The notes beneath the pieces are model-generated. The model saw only the letters and a program-made list of their open reading frames with translations, was not told the origin of the DNA and did not search any database. The position numbers and the translations under genes are program-made. From Alphaproteobacteria bacterium (lineage in GTDB: Bacteria > Pseudomonadota > Alphaproteobacteria > CADEGL01), in contig JBJXGH010000081.1 in assembly GCA_046153685.1 (NCBI GenBank), forward strand, positions 224-64,223: a stretch of 64,000 bases of DNA. The letters run 5' to 3'. This document shows positions 22,271 through 30,927 of this stretch, piece after piece. The stretch's first letter is position 1, and each line of letters begins with the position of its first letter.

Positions 22271-23257
22271 TCAAGACTCGATGTCGAGCACCCGGTCGGG
22301 CGGCGTGTGGCCGTCCCAGAACGTCTTGATGTTGATGATGACCTTCTCGCCCATATCGACGCGGCCCTCGACGGTCGCCGAGCCCATGTGGGGCAACAGC
22401 ACCACACTTGGCAAATCGATGAGCTTCGGATTGATGGCCGGTTCGTGCTCGAACACGTCGAGCCCCGCGCCCGCGATCTCGCCCCCGATCAGCATCTGCG
22501 CCAATGCGCTCTCGTCGAGCACCTCGCCGCGCGAGGTGTTGACGACGACGGCATGATTGCGCAGCAATTTAAGGCGGCGCGCCGATAGCAAATGATAGGT
22601 CGCGGGCGTGTGGGGGCAATTGACCGAGATGATGTCCATATGGGCGAGCATTTGATCGAGGCTTTGCCAATAGGTCGCCTCGAGACCGCGTTCTAGCTCG
22701 GCATGAACGCGCCGGCGGTTGTGATAGTGGATCGACAGGCCGAAGCCGCGCGCGCGACGAGCGAGCGCCGTGCCAATCCGGCCCATGCCGATGATACCCA
22801 ATCGCTTGCCGCCGAGACGATGGCCCAGCATGGCCATGGGGCCCCAGCCGCCCCATTTGCCCGTGCGCACCAATCGCTCGCCCTCGCACAGGCGGCGCGA
22901 CACGGCAAGCACGAGCGCCATGGTCATGTCGGCCGTGTCCTCGGTCAGAACGCCTGGCGTATTGGTGACGGCGATGCCGCGCTCGCGGGCGGCGGCGAGG
23001 TCAATGTGATCGACCCCCGTGCCGAAGGAGGCGATCAGCCGGCATTGTCCGCCGGCCTCGGCGATGATCTCGCGCGTGATACGATCGGTGACCGTGGGCA
23101 CGAAAACATCGGCGTGCTTGAGCGCGGATTTAAGTTCGGCCGCGTTCATGGGCTTGTCGTCGCGGTTCAAGCGGGTGTCGAACAGCTCCATCAGCCGGGT
23201 CTCGACGACCTCCGGCAGTTTACGTGAAACGACGACGACGGGCTTTTGTGGCGCCAT
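22271..23257 (-). CDS. D-isomer-specific 2-hydroxyacid dehydrogenase (glyoxylate/hydroxypyruvate reductase-like)
   Basis: NAD-binding GIIGMGRIG, the catalytic triad context (R...E...H in PHMGSAT), 328 aa. Confidence 0.85.
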   Translation of the reverse strand: MAPQKPVVVVSRKLPEVVETRLMELFDTRLNRDDKPMNAAELKSALKHADVFVPTVTDRITREIIAEAGGQCRLIASFGTGVDHIDLAAARERGIAVTNTPGVLTEDTADMTMALVLAVSRRLCEGERLVRTGKWGGWGPMAMLGHRLGGKRLGIIGMGRIGTALARRARGFGLSIHYHNRRRVHAELERGLEATYWQSLDQMLAHMDIISVNCPHTPATYHLLSARRLKLLRNHAVVVNTSRGEVLDESALAQMLIGGEIAGAGLDVFEHEPAINPKLIDLPSVVLLPHMGSATVEGRVDMGEKVIINIKTFWDGHTPPDRVLDIES

Positions 23258-23395
23258 GACGCGAGCCTTTTTGGCAGCCGGCTCCGTCTAGCAGGCGCCC
23301 GACTTGATGTCCAGGAATGGGCTGTGGCAGGAAGCCAGGATGCCTATAATCGGAGCGATGGCGAAAGTGCACGCGTATTCGGGGGTTCTGTTCTC

Positions 23396-23914
23396 GTGAC
23401 CGGTATTCGGCGCTTTGGCGTCTTGGCATGCCTTGTTTTCGCTGCGGCCCTTCTCGCGTCTCGTCCGCAAGCGCGCGCGGCCGACGCCGAGCAGGGCGAG
23501 AGCGGCTTGCCCGTGCCGCGTTTCGTCAGCCTACGCGCCGACGAGGTCAATCTGCGCGCGGGCCCCGGCGTGCGCTATCCGGTCGAATGGGTCTACCAGC
23601 GCAAATTGATGCCGGTCGAGGTCGTCGAGGAGTTCGAGACCTGGCGCAAGATACGCGATTGGCAAGGCGCCGAAGGCTGGGTGAACAAGGCCATGCTGTC
23701 GGGGCGCCGCAGCGTGCTCGTGGTCGGCGAGATCCGCACATTGCGGCGCGATCCTGCGGCCGAATCCCCCGCCATCGCACGCGCCGAGCCCGGCGTGATC
23801 GCCCGCCTCCTGAAATGCAACGGCAACTGGTGCAAAATTGAGGCCGGCGGTTACGAGGGTTGGCTGGCGCGGGCCGATTTCTGGGGCGTACGCGCGGACG
23901 AGCGCGTCGAATAG
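23396..23914 (+). CDS. SH3b-domain secreted protein
   Basis: A GTG start followed by a signal peptide (IRRFGVLACLVFAAALLASRPQARA) and two bacterial SH3-like segments (WRKIRDWQGAEGWVNKAML, CNGNWCKIEAGGYEGWL). Confidence 0.55.
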   Translation: MTGIRRFGVLACLVFAAALLASRPQARAADAEQGESGLPVPRFVSLRADEVNLRAGPGVRYPVEWVYQRKLMPVEVVEEFETWRKIRDWQGAEGWVNKAMLSGRRSVLVVGEIRTLRRDPAAESPAIARAEPGVIARLLKCNGNWCKIEAGGYEGWLARADFWGVRADERVE

Positions 23915-23930
23915 GGTCGCCCGCGCCGTT

Positions 23931-24524
23931 TCAGGCAAAATCGGCGGCCAACGCCAGGCGTACCGCGCCGGGCATTACCGCCATGTGGCTATAATCGGGG
24001 TGGGTAAAGCCCACGACCACGCGCGCTTCGGCCGCGCAAAACCGGACGATCTGTTCGGGCATGAAGGGGAAGTGGATGAATTGCACGGCGGACGCCTTGC
24101 CCTCCGCGTTCGTTCGGTCCTGATCTTCCTCGGGAGCGCCCGCAACACGCGAACCATCGATTTCGATGAAGGCGGTTTCCTCGATGCCGCCCAGCCGGCC
24201 GAGGGTTCGCGCCCGGCGCAAGGGGTCGTCGATTTCGAACATGACCGTCGCCACGAGCTCGCGCCCCTGCGGAATGAGCGGGTTATAGGCCCGAAGCTCG
24301 TCGGGTAACTGAGCGGCGCCGCCCTTCTCGATGAAGAGCATTTCCTGCACCTGATGCAACATGGTTTCGTAGTTCTCGAAATAGAACGTGGCGAAAGGTC
24401 CGACCTCGAGCCTGCGCGCGCGCTTCAACTCCGTCATCCGGCGGCGGCGCTCGGCGCGCACCAGGCCATATGAAGCCATGTCCACGATGTCGGATTCGAC
24501 GATTCGCCTGCTTTTCCCGGGCAT
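23931..24524 (-). CDS. DUF3501-like conserved hypothetical protein
   Basis: 197 aa with no catalytic motif. It starts 3 bp after the stop of the CCG-domain Fe-S protein. In my recollection, DUF3501 proteins characteristically follow HdrD-like Fe-S proteins. Confidence 0.5.
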   Translation of the reverse strand: MPGKSRRIVESDIVDMASYGLVRAERRRRMTELKRARRLEVGPFATFYFENYETMLHQVQEMLFIEKGGAAQLPDELRAYNPLIPQGRELVATVMFEIDDPLRRARTLGRLGGIEETAFIEIDGSRVAGAPEEDQDRTNAEGKASAVQFIHFPFMPEQIVRFCAAEARVVVGFTHPDYSHMAVMPGAVRLALAADFA

Positions 24525-24527
24525 TTT

Positions 24528-25871
24528 CTACTCCATCAGGCCATAGGCCCTGGCGAACAATTCGACGGGGTGCAGCACCGCTTCGGGCGTGGGCACGCTG
24601 CCCTCGCCGTCCAGGCGCGCCATGCCCTGGTGGATGTGCAGGGCCGCGAGCGGACATTCGGACGCCAAATAGGACTTGGCGGCCTTGCGCGCCTGCCGGG
24701 CCACGGGCTTGCCGACCTTGATACCGGTTTCGAAGTTTTCCTTGCGCACGCCCCATGAACCGCCATGACCCGAACAACGCTCGATCACCTCGAGATCGGC
24801 CGAGGGGATGAGACGCAGCATCTCCTCGGCCTTGCGCCCGATATTCTGGGCGCGGGCATGGCAGGCAATGTGCAGAGACACGCCGCCGTCGAGGGGCTTC
24901 AGTCCGGGCGCGAGACCCTCCTTGCGCGCGATGTCGACGATGTACTCGCTGGTGTCGTAGGTCGCCTTAGCCAGGCGTTTTATGCCCTCGTCCTTGGGCA
25001 AGATGAGGGGCCATTCGAATTTGAGCATGAGCGCGCACGACGGCACGAGCGCGATCACGTCGTAGCCGCGATCGATCCACGGCAAAAGCTCCGCCGCCAC
25101 GGCGCGGGCATTTTCCGCCACGCGCGCGATCTCGCCTTGTTCGAGCTGGGGCATGCCGCAGCAGCGCGGATGGCGCACTTCAAGCTCGACGCCGTTATGC
25201 GCCAGGATGGCGCGTGCGGCCAAGCCGATCGACGGATTGTTGTAATTGCCAAAGCAGGTCGCATAGAGCACCGCCTTGCGCGCTTGAGCGGGGGCCGCGT
25301 GGTTGCGCGCGCGCGTCGCGGCGATGGCGGTCAGTGGTTTTGTGGCGAAGCGCGGCAGCTCCGCCTCGCGATGAATGCCGGCGATCTTCTCCATCGCCGC
25401 ACGCGCAAACGTATTACCGGTCTTGGTCGCCCAGTTCGCAAGACCCGCCGTGTGACAGCCCAGCCGGCCATTGCGGTCGGTTTCGGCGATCTGGCGTTCG
25501 GCGAAAGGCACGCCGTTCTTGCGCGCCTCGACCGCGCGCGCGCGCAGCATCAGGTGCGGGAAGTCGAGATTGAATTCATGCGGCGGGACATAGGGGCATT
25601 TCGTCATGAAGCACAGATCGCACAGCGTGCAGCCATCGACCACGGCCTTGAAATTCTCGCTATTTACCGTGTCGAGCTCGCCCGATGTCGAGTTATCGAC
25701 CATGTCGAACAGCGTGGGAAACGAGTCGCAAAGATTAAAACAGCGCCGGCAGCCGTGGCAGATGTCGAATACGCGGCGCAGTTCGGCGTCGAGCTTCGCC
25801 GCGTCGTAGAATTCGGGATCCTCCCACGCGAGCGGGTGGCGGACAGGTGCATCGAGACTGCCTTCACGCAT
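24528..25871 (-). CDS. heterodisulfide reductase-related Fe-S protein (two 4Fe-4S ferredoxin motifs plus two CCG domains; HdrD/GlcF-like)
   Basis: [15 protein letters not shown] and [13 protein letters not shown] (CxxCxxCxxxCP x2), with C-terminal cysteine-rich CCG-type motifs (RCCGMP, CSGHGG). Confidence 0.8.
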   Translation of the reverse strand: MREGSLDAPVRHPLAWEDPEFYDAAKLDAELRRVFDICHGCRRCFNLCDSFPTLFDMVDNSTSGELDTVNSENFKAVVDGCTLCDLCFMTKCPYVPPHEFNLDFPHLMLRARAVEARKNGVPFAERQIAETDRNGRLGCHTAGLANWATKTGNTFARAAMEKIAGIHREAELPRFATKPLTAIAATRARNHAAPAQARKAVLYATCFGNYNNPSIGLAARAILAHNGVELEVRHPRCCGMPQLEQGEIARVAENARAVAAELLPWIDRGYDVIALVPSCALMLKFEWPLILPKDEGIKRLAKATYDTSEYIVDIARKEGLAPGLKPLDGGVSLHIACHARAQNIGRKAEEMLRLIPSADLEVIERCSGHGGSWGVRKENFETGIKVGKPVARQARKAAKSYLASECPLAALHIHQGMARLDGEGSVPTPEAVLHPVELFARAYGLME

Positions 25872-25984
25872 GGCTCACCCCTAGCCGCGCGCAAGCGCGC
25901 GGGAGCTGGAAAAAATCGCGGGGAGCCCGAAAGCTCCCCGCGCGATGGGAAAGAACCCGGCCGCGCCGCGGGCGGCCGTGGCGG

Positions 25985-26404
25985 TTATTTCAGTTCGTTG
26001 AGGGCCTTGGTGAAGCGCCCGGCGTGCGATTTCTCGGCCTTCGCCAGGGTTTCGAACCATTCGGCGATTTCCGCGAAACCCTCGTCGCGCGCCGTGCGTG
26101 CCATGCCGGGATACATGTCGGTGTACTCGTGCGTCTCGCCGGCGATCGCAGCCTCGAGGTTCTTCGAGGTATTGCCGATCGGCTTGCCGGTTGCCGGATC
26201 GCCGACAACCTCGAGGAATTCGAGATGGCCGTGAGCGTGGCCGGTCTCGCCCTCGGCCGTGGAGCGGAACACCGCAGCCACGTCGTTATAGCCTTCAACA
26301 TCGGCCTTCTGGGCGAAATAGAGATACCGGCGGTTGGCCTGCGATTCGCCGGAAAATGCGTCCTTCAGATTCTTTTCGGTCTTCGATCCCTTAAGCTGCG
26401 CCAT
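25985..26404 (-). CDS. rubrerythrin-family di-iron protein
   Basis: 139 aa with paired ExxH di-iron ligands ([10 protein letters not shown] and EYTDMY/EKSHAGR) in a ferritin-like four-helix layout. No rubredoxin domain. Confidence 0.85.
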   Translation of the reverse strand: MAQLKGSKTEKNLKDAFSGESQANRRYLYFAQKADVEGYNDVAAVFRSTAEGETGHAHGHLEFLEVVGDPATGKPIGNTSKNLEAAIAGETHEYTDMYPGMARTARDEGFAEIAEWFETLAKAEKSHAGRFTKALNELK

Positions 26405-26548
26405 GATTATCTCCCTCGGCTGGCATTTTTGATCTGATCGGCGTTCGTCTGTTTGTCGTTTACGATGGCCCCGCCGTTCTGCGGGCCGCTCGCCATGTTC
26501 GGCATATTCGAAGTTTAGATATTCAGAGGCATGGATTTTGTCAATATA

Positions 26549-26563
26549 TTATAATTATTATAA
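26549..26563. promoter_or_regulatory. perfect 7-1-7 AT palindrome TTATAAT-T-ATTATAA (Fur-family/PerR-box-like operator candidate) in the irr-rubrerythrin intergenic region
   Basis: Seen directly. It lies in a locally AT-rich island within a GC-rich genome, about 145 bp upstream of the rubrerythrin start codon and immediately after the irr stop. Confidence 0.4.
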
Positions 26564-26570
26564 CTCTAAT

Positions 26571-27047
26571 TTATTTCCGACGGATGCGTACGATGACATC
26601 GATGCCCTGAAGCTCGGTGCCTGCGGGCACGGCCGGAAGCCCCATGATCGACACGTCCTTGCCGGGAATGTCCTGAAGCACGCCGTCGGTGGCCATGAAG
26701 AAATGGTGGTGGGGCTGGACATTGGTGTCGAAATACCGCCGCGCCGGATCGACGACGACCTCGCGCAACATTCCCGCCTCGGTGAATTGGTGAAGGCTGT
26801 TGTAGACGGTCGCAAGCGAGATGCGGACGGTCGCGGCGAGCGCTTCGGCATGAAGTTGTTCGGCCGTGACATGGCGGTGCCCGCGGCCGTAAAGCAGCCG
26901 CGCCAAGGCCAGGCGCTGGCGGGTCGGCCTAAGGCCAGCGGCGCGCAAACGCTCGAGACTCTCGCTGTAGGGACGTGTCGCCATGCTTGGCATGCCTTCT
27001 AGCCGCGGAACCGCCAATCCCGGTGATATAGCCTCGCGGGCCACCAA
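26571..27047 (-). CDS. irr: Fur-family regulator, Irr-like (iron response regulator subtype)
   Basis: Winged-helix N-terminus (RPTRQRLALARLL, ISLATVYNSLHQF) and an HHH motif (QPHHHFF). It has no cysteines at all, so it lacks the Cys4 structural Zn site of Fur/PerR/Zur, which is typical of Irr. Confidence 0.7.
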   Translation of the reverse strand: MVAREAISPGLAVPRLEGMPSMATRPYSESLERLRAAGLRPTRQRLALARLLYGRGHRHVTAEQLHAEALAATVRISLATVYNSLHQFTEAGMLREVVVDPARRYFDTNVQPHHHFFMATDGVLQDIPGKDVSIMGLPAVPAGTELQGIDVIVRIRRK

Positions 27048-27117
27048 TTTCTAGCTTAATTTCAAAGCGGTGCAGTCGGTCTTATAACCAGTAGAAATAT
27101 AAAACAGAAGCGGGGGC

Positions 27118-27927
27118 TTAGCCGCCCTCCCGTGCGAGGCGGGGGTTGGGCATGCCCATCGCGTGATAGCCGCCATCCACTCGCATGATCTCTCCCGTGA
27201 CGCCCGCCGACAGATTCGACAAGAGATACAGCGCGGCCGCGCCGATTTCGTCCAAACGCAAATCGCGGCCAAGCGGCGAGGTGTCGCGGTGCCAGGCGAG
27301 GATTCGCCGCGCGTCCCCGATCGCGGCGCCGGCCAAGGTGCGCATCGGTCCGGCGGATATGGCATTGACGCGCACGCCCTGCGGCCCGAGATCGGCGGCC
27401 AGATAGCGCACACTCGATTCGAGCGCGGCCTTGGCGACGCCCATGACGTTGTAGCTCGGAAACACGCGGTTGGCGCCTTCGAAGCTAAGCGTGAGCAGAG
27501 AGCTGCCCGCGGCCATGAGCGGCGCCGCCCGGCGCGCGAGATCGGTGAACGAAAAGCATGACACGAGGAGCGTGCGCCGAAAATTGCCTCGCGTCGTATC
27601 GCTGTAGCGGCCCTTGAGCTCGGCCTTGTCCGAGAACGCAACGGCATGCACGAGAAAATCGAGACGGCCCCACGCACCGTCGATCGCGGCGAAGACGCGG
27701 TCGAGAGATTCCTCGCTCTCGACATCGCACGGCAGGATCAACCGCGCGCCCACTCCTTCCGCCAACGGCCGCACGCGCTTCTCGAGCGCCTCGCCCTGAT
27801 AGGTAAAGGCCAGCTCCGCGCCCGCTTCATGGGCCGCCGACGCGATGCCCCAGGCGATGGAATGGTCGTTCGCGACGCCCATAACCAAGCCTCGTCGGCC
27901 CGCGAGCATGCCAGTCACATCCGGCAC
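27118..27927 (-). CDS. fabI: enoyl-[acyl-carrier-protein] reductase FabI
   Basis: NAD(H)-binding GVANDHSIAWGIA and the catalytic Y..K (YNVMGVAKAALE). The likely true start is Met7 (27909). Confidence 0.9.
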   Translation of the reverse strand: MPDVTGMLAGRRGLVMGVANDHSIAWGIASAAHEAGAELAFTYQGEALEKRVRPLAEGVGARLILPCDVESEESLDRVFAAIDGAWGRLDFLVHAVAFSDKAELKGRYSDTTRGNFRRTLLVSCFSFTDLARRAAPLMAAGSSLLTLSFEGANRVFPSYNVMGVAKAALESSVRYLAADLGPQGVRVNAISAGPMRTLAGAAIGDARRILAWHRDTSPLGRDLRLDEIGAAALYLLSNLSAGVTGEIMRVDGGYHAMGMPNPRLAREGG

Positions 27928-27936
27928 GCCCGGCCC

Positions 27937-29160
27937 CTAGCCGTCGAAACGGCGGAAGGTCAACGCAGCGTTTGTGCCCCCGAAGCCGAAGCTGTTGGAC
28001 ATCACACAATTGAGCTCGACGCCGTCCTGGCGGGTGCGCACGAGCGGCATGCCCTCGGCGGCGGGCTCGAGATCCTCGACATTCGCGGAGGCCGAGATGA
28101 AGCCATCGCGCATCATGATCAGCGAATAGATCGCCTCGTGCACGCCCGCGGCTCCAAGCGAATGGCCGGTCAGGGATTTGGTCGAATTGAACGCCGGTAT
28201 GCGGTTGCGCCGAGCGAACACGGCCTTGATGGCTTCGAGTTCCTTCACGTCGCCCACCGGAGTTCCAGTGCCGTGGGTGTTGATGTAATCGATCGGCTCC
28301 TCGATTCCGCGCATGGCCATTTCCATGCAGCGCCGAGCGCCATCGCCCGAGGGCTGCACCATGTCGAAGCCGTCCGACGTGGCGCCGTAACCCACGAGTT
28401 CGCCGTAGATCTTGGCGCCGCGCGCCTTGGCGTGTTCGAGCGCTTCGAGCACCACCACCCCGCCCCCGCCCGCGATCACGAAGCCATCGCGGCCCGCATC
28501 AAACGGTCGGGAGGCTGAGGCCGGACGATCATTGTACTTCGCCGATAGAGCCGGCATGGCATCGAACAGCACCGTCATGCTCCAGTGCAGCTCTTCCCCG
28601 CCGCCAGCGAAGACGACGTCCTGCTTGCCGAACTGAATCAGCTCCGCGCCATTGCCGATGCAATGCGCGCTCGTCGCGCACGCCGAGCTAATCGAATAGT
28701 TCACGCCCTTGATCTTGAAGAACGTCGAAAGCGTCGCGGAATTGGTGCTCGACATCGTGCGCGGAACCATGAACGGCCCGACATGTTTGGCGCCCTTGCC
28801 GCGCAAGGCATCGGTCGAGGCCACGAGATTGCGCGTGGACGGCCCGCCCGAGCCCATCACGAGTCCCGCGCGGTCGTTGGACACTTCGCTTTCCGTAAGG
28901 CCCGAATCCGCGATCGCTTCCTTCATCGCGACGTAGTTGTAGGCCGCGCCGTCGCCCATGAAGCGCCGATGACGGCGGTCGATCACGCCATCGAGATCGA
29001 TCTGGGGCTCGCCGTGGACGTGGCTGCGAAAGCCCAGCTCTTTGTATTCCTCGCAAAAGCGCAGGCCCGTACGGCCCTCGCGCAGCGACCGGACGACCTC
29101 GTCCGCGTTCGCCCCGATGCTCGACACGATGCCCATTCCCGTCACGACCACGCGTCTCAT
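27937..29160 (-). CDS. fabB: 3-oxoacyl-ACP synthase I
   Basis: Active-site cysteine context [12 protein letters not shown], His-His ([19 protein letters not shown]), 407 aa. Lies between fabA and fabI. Confidence 0.9.
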   Translation of the reverse strand: MRRVVVTGMGIVSSIGANADEVVRSLREGRTGLRFCEEYKELGFRSHVHGEPQIDLDGVIDRRHRRFMGDGAAYNYVAMKEAIADSGLTESEVSNDRAGLVMGSGGPSTRNLVASTDALRGKGAKHVGPFMVPRTMSSTNSATLSTFFKIKGVNYSISSACATSAHCIGNGAELIQFGKQDVVFAGGGEELHWSMTVLFDAMPALSAKYNDRPASASRPFDAGRDGFVIAGGGGVVVLEALEHAKARGAKIYGELVGYGATSDGFDMVQPSGDGARRCMEMAMRGIEEPIDYINTHGTGTPVGDVKELEAIKAVFARRNRIPAFNSTKSLTGHSLGAAGVHEAIYSLIMMRDGFISASANVEDLEPAAEGMPLVRTRQDGVELNCVMSNSFGFGGTNAALTFRRFDG

Positions 29161-29197
29161 TTCGACCTCGATAGACCCGGCGGGTCCGCTTGCATGA

Positions 29198-29767
29198 TTA
29201 CGCGGTGGCGACCGCGCTACTTGGATTGACGAACAATCCGACCCGAAGATCGGCCCCCTGATAGATGACCTGGCCGTCGGCCGATACCGTGCCGTCGGCG
29301 ATACCGAGAACCACCTGGCGCGCGATCACCCGTTTGATGTCCAAGCGATATTCCAGCCGACGCACGGTCGGCAGGACCTGGCCGGTGAATTTGACCTCGC
29401 CGACCGCCAAGGCGCGGCCCGCGCCGAGAGCGCCCGTCCAGCCAAGATAGAACCCGAGAAGCTGCCACATGGCATCGAGCCCAAAACAACCCGGCATCAC
29501 GGGATCGGACTCGAAGTGGTAGCGGAAGAACCAGAGATCGGGCGAGATATCATGCTCGGCCACGACCTCACCCTTGCCATATTTTCCGCCCGTCTTGGCG
29601 ATTCGGGCGATGCGGTCAAACATCAGCAGGGGCGGCAGCGGCAGGCGCGCGTTTCCGGGGCCGAACAAGCGGCCATGGGCACACTCGATCAGGTCTTCGT
29701 AGGCAAAGCTCGATCTCTCGCCCGGATTACTCACCCTAATCCCTGCATTGTGGCCCGGAATTGCCAT
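29198..29767 (-). CDS. fabA: 3-hydroxydecanoyl-ACP dehydratase/isomerase FabA
   Basis: Near-identity to the E. coli FabA core ([47 protein letters not shown]). The start may be slightly downstream of the maximal ORF. Confidence 0.9.
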   Translation of the reverse strand: MAIPGHNAGIRVSNPGERSSFAYEDLIECAHGRLFGPGNARLPLPPLLMFDRIARIAKTGGKYGKGEVVAEHDISPDLWFFRYHFESDPVMPGCFGLDAMWQLLGFYLGWTGALGAGRALAVGEVKFTGQVLPTVRRLEYRLDIKRVIARQVVLGIADGTVSADGQVIYQGADLRVGLFVNPSSAVATA

Positions 29768-30046
29768 TGTCCCTGCGACGCCGTGATTCCCAAGCGGTCA
29801 TGATCCCCGAGTAGCCACGATTCGTATGGCGCCGTGGCCTCTGCGCCACACCTAGCCGCCGCATTGCCGCGGCCGGCATGCCAAGAGGCCAAAGCCGCGA
29901 CCTGGAAAACGCGCGAACAAAACATGTCCACGCCCAACCTGTCTACGGGACCGGGGTATATATGAACCGAATCGAAAAAAAACCACCCGATCTCACTCCG
30001 GGCGCCAAAACAGCGAGGTTTGCGGAAAATCGCCCATCTCGGCGCC

Positions 30047-30781
30047 CTAAAGCGCCGCAGCCAGGCGCGCCGGATGGTCCGAGAACACACTGTCCACGCC
30101 CCAGCCGAATAAGCGCCGCGCCCGGTCGGCGCGTTCGACCGTATAGACCACCACCGGCAATCCCGATTCCTTGAGTTCAGCGGTCAGACGCGGATCGATA
30201 CAGCGGTCGTCCACATGCAGCGTGGAGACTCCAAGACGGCGCGCCCAGCCTCGCCAATCGCGCGGCGGGCGGCGCATCAGGAGACCAAGCGGCCAGCGCG
30301 GCGCCTCGGCCGCCAGCGTCGCAAGCGCCCCCCAATCGAAGGACGACACGAGCATCGGCCCGCGCCCGCGCCAAACGCGCGTCAAGATCGCCGCCACTTC
30401 GCGCGCCGCACGCGCGCCAGACGCGGGTTCGGGCTTGATTTCGAGATTGGCGCCGAGGCCAAGTTCGGCGAGAACGCCAAGCGCCGCCTCGAGCGTGGGC
30501 ACGGCCTCGCCCACATGCGCGGGCCCAAACCACGATCCGGCGTCGAGGGCCGAGAGTTCGCGCGCGCTTTTCCGCGCGACGCGGCCCCGGCCGTTCGTCG
30601 TGCGCCGCAAGGTCGCATCGTGAATGACGACCGGTACGCAATCCCGACTCAGCCGCACGTCGAATTCCACCCAACGCACGCCGTGCGCGGCCGCCCAGCG
30701 AAATCCTGCCAGGGTGTTTTCGGGCGCATGCGCAGCTGCGCCGCGATGGCCGATGACACGCGGCAAATCGAGCACGGTCAT
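30047..30781 (-). CDS. glycerophosphodiester phosphodiesterase (UgpQ/GlpQ family)
   Basis: GP-PDE N-terminal HRG motif (VIGHRGAAAHAPENTLA), and E/D and H metal ligands (VEFDVRLSRDCVPVVIHD). Confidence 0.8.
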   Translation of the reverse strand: MTVLDLPRVIGHRGAAAHAPENTLAGFRWAAAHGVRWVEFDVRLSRDCVPVVIHDATLRRTTNGRGRVARKSARELSALDAGSWFGPAHVGEAVPTLEAALGVLAELGLGANLEIKPEPASGARAAREVAAILTRVWRGRGPMLVSSFDWGALATLAAEAPRWPLGLLMRRPPRDWRGWARRLGVSTLHVDDRCIDPRLTAELKESGLPVVVYTVERADRARRLFGWGVDSVFSDHPARLAAAL

Positions 30782-30845
30782 CGCCCATTCCGGCTAAAAT
30801 TCGCGCGGGCGGCAAGATTTCCGAATCGGAATGGGCGGCAGGAAC

Positions 30846-30885
30846 AAGAAAAAGGGCGGCCCTGTTTCCGGGCCGCCCTTTGTCG
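30846..30885 (-). terminator. intrinsic (bidirectional) terminator downstream of pnp
   Basis: Hairpin GGGCGGCCC-tgtttcc-GGGCCGCCC, flanked by A5 on one side and TTTGT on the other. On the minus strand it reads stem then UUUUUCUUGUU. Confidence 0.55.
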
Positions 30886-30927
30886 CGATCTTATGGGCAT
30901 CGTCCCATCGATATCCTTGGCCGGGCG

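Noticed and set aside
26571-27047. Calling the Fur-family regulator PerR because of the PerR-box-like palindrome and the rubrerythrin neighbour.
   Set aside because: The protein has no cysteine residues, so it cannot form the Cys4 structural Zn site that all PerR proteins need. The HHH motif and the absence of Cys fit Irr.
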